From the NCBI GenBank assembly GCA_029974275.1, contig JARKSN010000313.1:2855-66854 (forward strand): a DNA stretch of 64,000 bases, read 5' to 3'. The notes under the pieces are model-generated. The model made no database searches and had not been told where the DNA came from. It worked only from the letters and a program-made list of their open reading frames with translations. A program made the position numbers and the translations under genes. This DNA is from Candidatus Hydrogenedentota bacterium. GTDB taxonomy: Bacteria > Hydrogenedentota > Hydrogenedentia > Hydrogenedentales > SLHB01. Shown piece after piece: positions 58,224 to 64,000 of this stretch (within the stretch, counting starts at the first letter, position 1; every line of letters starts with the position of its first letter).

Positions 58224-59024
58224 TTATCCCTTGATCCACTCGACGATTTCGCGCGCGATCGCGTCGGGGGGGAGGTCCTTGACGATGCGCGTTTCGCGGC
58301 GTTGGCTGGGCAGTGATACGGAGGCATAGTTGATGCCTGCGCCGGGGAGGTTGGCGGGCTTGGCGCGTTGCAACGCGGGCATGGCGGTGCGCATGTTGGC
58401 CATGCCGGTTTGGGGGTTGTTGGGCGGCTCGGGAAGATTGCCGGTCGCCCATCCCAACACGGCCGGGGGGCCCGCGCATACGGAGACTTGGTGGTTGCCG
58501 CCTTCGACGCGTTCGAGAATTCGGAGCGCGCCGTTGTCGGCGACCGTCAATTCGTCCACGCCCTGGAACTGGTCCGCGATGCCGAGGCGTTCGCCGATGA
58601 TCTGCAACGTGGCTCCCGCGCCGCGCGAGGCCGATTCCCATCCGCCGAACACGAGCAGACGGGTCAGGTCCAGGTCTGCAATCGCGCGGATGGCATCGGC
58701 CAGCGCAGCCCCGACTTCGTATGCGTCGGTGAATCCGCCGCCGGGGCCGTCGAGCGCGACTAACTCGAACGGGGCCTTTTGCGCGACGGTCATGAGGACT
58801 TGTTGGAGTTTGGCCTTGGGTCCGAGGCTCACGAGCCAGACCTTGCTGCCTGGCGCGTTTTTGGCCAAGTGGGCGGCCTCGTATAGTGCGTGACCGGCCC
58901 AGGGGTCCAACGCCGCCGGCAGCATCAATTCGTTTTTGATCGCGGGGCCGGCGATCGGCTCCAGGGTTTGCAGGGGGTCCGGAACAATTCCCGCGCATAC
59001 GACGATGTGATAGTTTTGTGACAC
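58224..59024 (-). CDS. etfB: Electron transfer flavoprotein beta subunit
   Basis: GTG start with AAAGGAAC RBS (VSQNYHIVVCAGIVPDP). EtfB family motifs (LVSLGPKAKLQQVL; LLVFGGWESASRGAG). Confidence 0.75.
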   Translation of the reverse strand: MSQNYHIVVCAGIVPDPLQTLEPIAGPAIKNELMLPAALDPWAGHALYEAAHLAKNAPGSKVWLVSLGPKAKLQQVLMTVAQKAPFELVALDGPGGGFTDAYEVGAALADAIRAIADLDLTRLLVFGGWESASRGAGATLQIIGERLGIADQFQGVDELTVADNGALRILERVEGGNHQVSVCAGPPAVLGWATGNLPEPPNNPQTGMANMRTAMPALQRAKPANLPGAGINYASVSLPSQRRETRIVKDLPPDAIAREIVEWIKG

Positions 59025-59155
59025 GATGCGTTCCTTTCTTGGCTCCACAGGCTTGCATGGCGGCGCCCGAAATTCGGGGCGCGAACCCATCCCGTCCGCC
59101 GACGCGTCTGCGGCGAATGGTTATGCCTTTTCCCGCTTGTGAAAACAACCTTTCG

Positions 59156-60073
59156 TCATGTTTCCATCGCGCCGACGAGCTTGTTTACGTCGTCGATCGC
59201 GTGACGGCTCAAATAGGCCGCGATTCCGCGGATCGCCTGCACCGGCGCGTCGGGCTGGCGGAAGGACATCGATCCGATGGACACGGCGCGCGCGCCTGCG
59301 AGCAGAAACTCGATGGCGTCGCTCGCGCGGCAGATGCCGCCGGCGCCGATGATCGGAATGCGCAACACGCGGGCGGCGTCCCATACCATCTTGAGCGCGA
59401 CGGGTTTTATGCAGGGGCCGCTCAAGCCGCCGACGATGTTCGAGAGACGCGGGCGCCGCGTTTCCGCGTCGATGGCCATGCCCAGCAGCGTGTTGATGAG
59501 GCACACGCCGTCGGCCCCGGCCTCTTGGGCGGCCAGGGCGGGTTCGCGGATATCGAGGATGTTCGGGGTGAGCTTGATGAAGAGCGGCAGTTTGGTGGCG
59601 GAGCGTATGGTTCGGGTGTATTGCGCGACGCGCTCCGGGTCTTGGGCGACGAGCGGGGCGCCGCGCGTTGTTTTTGCGTCGTGCACGTTCGGACAGGACA
59701 GATTGGCTTCGATGGCGTCCGCCGCGCCGGCCGCTTCGAGACGGCGCGCGAGTTCCGCGTATTCGTCGGCGTTCGCGCCGTAGATGTTGGTGATGATCGT
59801 CGCGCCTTTTTCGCGCAGATACGGGGTCTTGTCGCGCAGGTAGGCGTCGATGCCCACGTTTTGCAGGCCGATCGCGTTCAGGATGCCCGCGGGCGTCTCG
59901 ACCAGTCGCGGCGGGCGATTTCCGGGGCGCGGATTGAGCGAGATGCTTTTCGTCGTGACGGCGCCAAGCGTCGCCACGTCGTAGTAGCGGTCGTATTCGC
60001 GGCCATAGCCGAAGGTGCCCGACGCGACCGTCACGGGGTTTTTCATGTTGAGGCCGCCGAGGTCGATGGCCAT
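59156..60073 (-). CDS. pyrD: Dihydroorotate dehydrogenase (class 1B) catalytic subunit
   Basis: MAIDLGGLNMKNPVTVASGTFGYG...NAIGLQNVG...EANLSCPN...GGLSG: class 1 DHODH motifs. Sits 10 nt downstream of pyrK. Confidence 0.85.
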   Translation of the reverse strand: MAIDLGGLNMKNPVTVASGTFGYGREYDRYYDVATLGAVTTKSISLNPRPGNRPPRLVETPAGILNAIGLQNVGIDAYLRDKTPYLREKGATIITNIYGANADEYAELARRLEAAGAADAIEANLSCPNVHDAKTTRGAPLVAQDPERVAQYTRTIRSATKLPLFIKLTPNILDIREPALAAQEAGADGVCLINTLLGMAIDAETRRPRLSNIVGGLSGPCIKPVALKMVWDAARVLRIPIIGAGGICRASDAIEFLLAGARAVSIGSMSFRQPDAPVQAIRGIAAYLSRHAIDDVNKLVGAMET

Positions 60074-60083
60074 GTTGGGGGCG

Positions 60084-60899
60084 CTAGAGGTCGTAGGCAA
60101 AGTTATGTTTTTCCCAATCGATGAGCGCGGCATCGAACACCGGGCCGTCGAGACACACGCGCACCATGCGTTCGCCGTCGATCTCCCTCGTGGATTCGAC
60201 GACGCAGCCGAGGCAGGCGCCGTCGCCGCAGGCCATCTGCGCTTCGAGCGAGACGAGGCAGTTTGCGCCGGCAGCCGCCGCGACGTTCGCGACGGTCTGC
60301 ATCATGATCATCGGCCCGCACGCATACACGCGCGCGTCCGGGCCGGGGCTCAGTCGTTCGAGCGCCTGCGCGGCGTAGGCTTTTTCGCCTGCGGAGCCGT
60401 CGTCGGTCGCGATATGGAGCGTGCAGCCCATGTCGCGAAAGTCTTCTTCGCACAGCAGCAGGCTTCGGGTGCGCGCGGCCAGAATCACTTCCGGGGGGGC
60501 GCCGGTTTTGCGCGCAATCGCTTCGGTCAGCGCGGGGAAACACGCCACGCCGATGCCCCCGGCAACGATGATGTGGCGTTGGAACGTCGTGTCGATGGGG
60601 AAGCCGTTGCCGAGGGGCCCTTGCAACGAAACCGTTTGCCCCGGCGCATGGCGCGAGAGGAGCCGCGTGCCTTCGCCCTCGATTTTGTACAGCAGGCTGA
60701 CGACGCCGTCGTCGGGATGAATGCGTTCGAAGCACAAGGGCCTGCGCAGGAAGGGGTGCAATCCTTCGCTGACGAGCGTCATGACGAATTGGCCCGGTTG
60801 CGCCGCGGAGGCGATTTCCTGCGCGCGCACGCGCATGCGGAATTGGCCGGGCGCCACTTCCGCGTTCGAGAGGATGCGGCAATCGCTGAGGTATCGCAT
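60084..60899 (-). CDS. pyrK: Dihydroorotate dehydrogenase electron-transfer subunit (FAD/2Fe-2S)
   Basis: FNR-like FAD/NAD domain plus C-terminal Cys cluster ACGDGACLGCVV (2Fe-2S), diagnostic of PyrK. Its start overlaps the disA stop region (CATGTCA). Confidence 0.8.
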   Translation of the reverse strand: MRYLSDCRILSNAEVAPGQFRMRVRAQEIASAAQPGQFVMTLVSEGLHPFLRRPLCFERIHPDDGVVSLLYKIEGEGTRLLSRHAPGQTVSLQGPLGNGFPIDTTFQRHIIVAGGIGVACFPALTEAIARKTGAPPEVILAARTRSLLLCEEDFRDMGCTLHIATDDGSAGEKAYAAQALERLSPGPDARVYACGPMIMMQTVANVAAAAGANCLVSLEAQMACGDGACLGCVVESTREIDGERMVRVCLDGPVFDAALIDWEKHNFAYDL

Positions 60900-60900
60900 G

Positions 60901-61986
60901 TCAGCGCCTGATGCGTTCGAGGGCGAGTTGGTCGCGCAGGGTGTTGAGGCTCATGCGGATGCGTTCGGCCAATACCTCGCCGACGCCGTCGACTTCGCAC
61001 AGGTCTTCCTTGGGGGCGCGCATGATCGCTTGCAACGAGCCGAAGCGCTGCACGAGGTTCTCGATGATTTGCGCGTTCAGGCGATGCGTCTGGGTGAGGA
61101 TGCGATAGCCGCGCGAGCTGAGATAGGTGTCGATCGAGCGCAGGTTGGGTCCGTACCCGAGGGATTGGCTGATGCTGCCCAGGGTGAGCAGGTCTTGTTG
61201 CGATATTTCGCGCACTTTGTCGCGGACGTCTTCGTAGCTTTGGCCGGGACGCGGCCGGTAGTAGTCTTTGATGACGAGTTCGGCTTCTTCGAGCGGGAAG
61301 ATTAATTCCTTGAGTTGCAAGTCGATCAAGCGGCCTTCGGTGCCGAGTTCGAGCAGGTAGGGTTCGATCTCGAAGGCGATGCGGGCGACCATTTCGTAGC
61401 GTTGGACCGATTTGCACACGTCGAAGATGGTGACCATGTCCTGGAATTCGCGGGTGCTCAGGTCCTGGTTGGCCTGGTTCATCGTGTTGATGTATTTCTC
61501 GAGGGTCTGGATGGCTTGCGCGGCTTTGTTGAGCAGCGTGGGGATATTGTCCATGCCGTGCTTGATGTCGTGCACGTATAGGGTCACCGCGGAGCGTCGT
61601 TCCGACACGGCGACCACCACGCATTTGGCTTGTCGCGCCAAACGTCCCGCCGCGCGGTGGCGCGTGCCGGTTTCGTCGGAGGGGATCGAGTTGTCGGGCT
61701 TGAGGAATCGGTTCGCGTAGAGAATGCGCGTGGCGTCTTCGTCGCAGATGATGGCGCCGTCCATTTTCGACAGTTCGTACAAGAGTTGGGGCGTGAAGGG
61801 CGCGTTCAATTCGACGCCGCCTTCGGAAAGGTCCGCCAGGCGTTTGGGTTCGCCTAGGCAAATGAGGGCTCCGTTGCCGCCTTGCAGGATCGCCGCGATC
61901 CCTTCCCGCAGGGCCGTGCCCGGCGAGACCATTAACAGCGCTTCGCGGTATGCTTCTTCGCTGTTTTTTTTGCGCAGTTTTGCCAT
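60901..61986 (-). CDS. disA: DNA integrity scanning protein DisA (diadenylate cyclase)
   Basis: N-terminal DAC domain (MDGAIICDEDATRILYANRFL; RHRAAGRLARQAKCVVVAVSERR DGA/RHR motifs) and C-terminal HhH DNA-binding domain. Confidence 0.85.
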   Translation of the reverse strand: MAKLRKKNSEEAYREALLMVSPGTALREGIAAILQGGNGALICLGEPKRLADLSEGGVELNAPFTPQLLYELSKMDGAIICDEDATRILYANRFLKPDNSIPSDETGTRHRAAGRLARQAKCVVVAVSERRSAVTLYVHDIKHGMDNIPTLLNKAAQAIQTLEKYINTMNQANQDLSTREFQDMVTIFDVCKSVQRYEMVARIAFEIEPYLLELGTEGRLIDLQLKELIFPLEEAELVIKDYYRPRPGQSYEDVRDKVREISQQDLLTLGSISQSLGYGPNLRSIDTYLSSRGYRILTQTHRLNAQIIENLVQRFGSLQAIMRAPKEDLCEVDGVGEVLAERIRMSLNTLRDQLALERIRR

Positions 61987-61987
61987 G

Positions 61988-63349
61988 TCAACGCTCCATC
62001 GCCCATTCGATTGCCTGGGTTATGCCGGCGGCCGGCAGTAGATGCATCGCGTCGCCGTCGAGATCGCTCATGCAGCCTCGCGGCAACACGCACGACGCAA
62101 ACCCGAATTTCTTCGCCTCGGCCACGCGTTGCCGCGCGAGATCGACCGCGCGAATTTCGCCCGCGAGCCCTATCTCGCCAAAGGCCGCGAGGCCCGGCGG
62201 CAAGGGGACTTCGAGCAAACTCGACATGACCGCCAAGGCGACGGCGAGGTCGGTCGCGGGTTCGTCGAGCCGCACGCCGCCCGCCACGTTCACGAACACG
62301 TCGCGGTCGGAGACGTGCGCCCCGGCGCGTTTTTCGAGCACCGCGAGAATCAGCGACACGCGGTTGGGGTTCATGCCCGTCACCGTGCGGCGCGGCGTGC
62401 CCATCATGGCATCGCCCACGAGCGCCTGGACCTCGACCAACAACGGGCGCGTGCCTTCGACGCTCGGTATCACGATCGAGCCGCTCACGCCTTTGGGCCG
62501 TTCGTTGAGGAACAGCGCGCTGGGATTGGGCACTTCCTTGAGCCCCGCCTCGGTCATTTCAAAGACGCCGATCTCGTTGGTCGAGCCGAACCGGTTCTTG
62601 ACCGCGCGCAGGATGCGCAGCGCCTGCTTGCCCTCGCCTTCGAAGTATAGAACGGTGTCCACCAGATGTTCCAGCAGCCGCGGACCTGCGATCGCGCCGT
62701 CCTTCGTCACGTGGCCGACGAGAAACACCGGCACGCCCGTGTCCTTTGCAATACGCAGGAACTCATTCGCGCACTCGCGCACCTGACCGACGCTGCCGGG
62801 CACGGCAGGCAACTGCGCGGTGTACATCGACTGAATGGAATCGACCACCACGAAACGGTAGTCGTTCTGCAGGATTTCCTTGCGGACGGATTCGACTTGC
62901 GTCTCCGTCAGGATGAGCAGGTCGTCGCACAAAGCGCCGAGTCGCGACGCGCGCAGGCGGGCCTGGTCGAAGGATTCTTCGCCGGAGACGTAGAGGGTGC
63001 GCCCGTGCGTGCTCGCGAGCGTGTGGCTGACCTGCAGCATCAGCGTCGATTTGCCGATGCCCGGGTCGCCGCCGATCAAGGTGAGACTTCCCGGCACCAC
63101 GCCGCCGCCCAATACGCGGTCGCATTCGCTCATGCCGGTCAGCAGGCGGGGCGGGGCTTGTTGCGCGCGATCGGTGATGGGGATGGGGCCCGCCGTCTCG
63201 CGATAGGTCTGGCGGACGTGATCACCTTCCTCGGCAATGCGCTCCTCGACGATGGTGTTCCACTCGCCGCATTCGGCGCAGCGGCCCATCCACCGCGCAA
63301 GCACTACGCCGCAGGATTGACAGACAAATCTGGACTTTGGCTTGGCCAT
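61988..63349 (-). CDS. radA: DNA repair protein RadA (Sms)
   Basis: MAKPKSRFVCQSCG...CAECGEWNT C4 zinc finger, Walker A GDPGIGKST, KNRFG motif and C-terminal Lon-protease-like domain. Stop is 1 nt before the disA ATG. ORF-track N-terminal 160-aa extension discarded. Confidence 0.85.
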   Translation of the reverse strand: MAKPKSRFVCQSCGVVLARWMGRCAECGEWNTIVEERIAEEGDHVRQTYRETAGPIPITDRAQQAPPRLLTGMSECDRVLGGGVVPGSLTLIGGDPGIGKSTLMLQVSHTLASTHGRTLYVSGEESFDQARLRASRLGALCDDLLILTETQVESVRKEILQNDYRFVVVDSIQSMYTAQLPAVPGSVGQVRECANEFLRIAKDTGVPVFLVGHVTKDGAIAGPRLLEHLVDTVLYFEGEGKQALRILRAVKNRFGSTNEIGVFEMTEAGLKEVPNPSALFLNERPKGVSGSIVIPSVEGTRPLLVEVQALVGDAMMGTPRRTVTGMNPNRVSLILAVLEKRAGAHVSDRDVFVNVAGGVRLDEPATDLAVALAVMSSLLEVPLPPGLAAFGEIGLAGEIRAVDLARQRVAEAKKFGFASCVLPRGCMSDLDGDAMHLLPAAGITQAIEWAMER

Positions 63350-63649
63350 GTGAGAAATCTCGGTTCCAAGGCTATCCGGAACACGCTGGAGGAGGGGCCA
63401 GCGGGGCAAGTATAGCATGTTCCGCGGGCGTGATCTCGCAAACGGATCAGGCCAATGCATGGCATTCTCGTTCCTTCGACGATATCCAAGCGCCCGCCGA
63501 AAACGCGGTTGGCACAGAGACCGGACGTTACGAAAAGCCTTCGCGGCATGTTGCGTGTGTCTTGAGGTGGTCGTGGTGATGGAAATTTGGAATGGAGTCA
63601 CGGGCACGAAAAGACACAACGTTGGGGAGAGGAAGGGGCTTTCTGCGAA

Positions 63650-63711
63650 CTCCGCGTTCTCCGCGCCTTTGCGATAAGATTCTTCAACGCAGAGGCGCGG
63701 AGAACGCGGAG
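63650..63711. repeat. 19-bp perfect inverted repeat with 24-nt spacer, about 300 nt upstream of radA
   Basis: CTCCGCGTTCTCCGCGCCT ... AGGCGCGGAGAACGCGGAG. Neither arm is followed by a T-tract, so it is not a canonical intrinsic terminator. Candidate protein-binding palindrome or REP-like element. Confidence 0.5.
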
Positions 63712-64000
63712 AAGAGAAAAGAACCGCCCGGCACAACGAACGGGCGCTACACAAAAAGAGAAAGGAACGAGACGGCAAAAAACGGCGTGGAATAGGGAAT
63801 GAAAAAACTCGGACAAACCGAAATGCCATGCGATTGGTCTGATGTCTCCTTGCGAAATCCCCGCAGCATGCGTTACTATTTGGACGGGGCAGGCACGCGA
63901 TCGGCGCCGCATGCGACGGCGAGAAGCGGCCTATTCGGGCGCAAGAATGATTTCGAATGACAACCTCGCGCCGCCTAAAGACGGCTTCGCAATAAACCAG

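Noticed and set aside
57162-60899. etfAB next to pyrK/pyrD as a possible dedicated electron-bifurcating module
   Set aside because: All four are on one strand, but Etf and class-1B DHODH have independent, well-known roles. Adjacency alone is weak evidence, and a 48-131-nt spacing with its own GTG/RBS suggests separate units.
1-64000. CRISPR arrays, rRNA genes, insertion sequences
   Set aside because: Scanned for regularly spaced direct repeats, rRNA-like conserved stretches and transposase-like ORFs. None found. The only notable repeat is the single 19-bp inverted repeat at 63650-63711.

Overview
This 64 kb window is a high-GC, gene-dense bacterial chromosomal segment with about 50 protein genes, one tRNA-Ser(GGA), and no rRNA, CRISPR array or recognisable transposase or integrase. 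The gene content suggests a diderm, possibly PVC/Planctomycetota-like, organism (outer-membrane barrels, lipoproteins, cohesin/dockerin and thrombospondin-type-3 repeat proteins, System II cytochrome c maturation, many multiheme cytochromes). That lineage call is only an inference. Most of the window is housekeeping: cimA, apgM, rsmG, a squalene/phytoene synthase, yyaL, nadD-yqeK, proA, dxs, ilvD, etfAB, pyrKD and radA-disA. The central block at 21.4-34.3 kb stands out. It holds dsbD, a tetraheme cytochrome, a lipoprotein and ccsB-ccsA (System II cytochrome c maturation). Directly downstream is a four-gene cassette that looks like a porin-cytochrome trans-outer-membrane electron conduit. It has a surface lipoprotein multiheme cytochrome with Ig-like domains, a 7-heme periplasmic cytochrome, a 542-aa beta-barrel ending in Phe, and a 14-heme cytochrome. 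Two of these cytochromes end in a shared non-canonical C-x4/5-C-H-D motif. Secondary points of interest are an McsA/McsB protein-arginine-kinase pair without ctsR or clpC; a scaffoldin-like cohesin/dockerin giant protein next to a dockerin-bearing protein; a radical-SAM/SPASM enzyme in a probable operon with a secreted glycoside-hydrolase-like protein; a TSP3-repeat protein with a PEP-CTERM-like C-terminal anchor; structured intergenic hairpins and terminators; and local AT-rich islands. Many long ORFs on the opposite strand of real genes are GC-driven antisense artefacts and were rejected. Start codons come from ORF-track arithmetic plus local RBS and signal-peptide inspection, so they may be off by one codon, or by one base where I re-indexed by eye.
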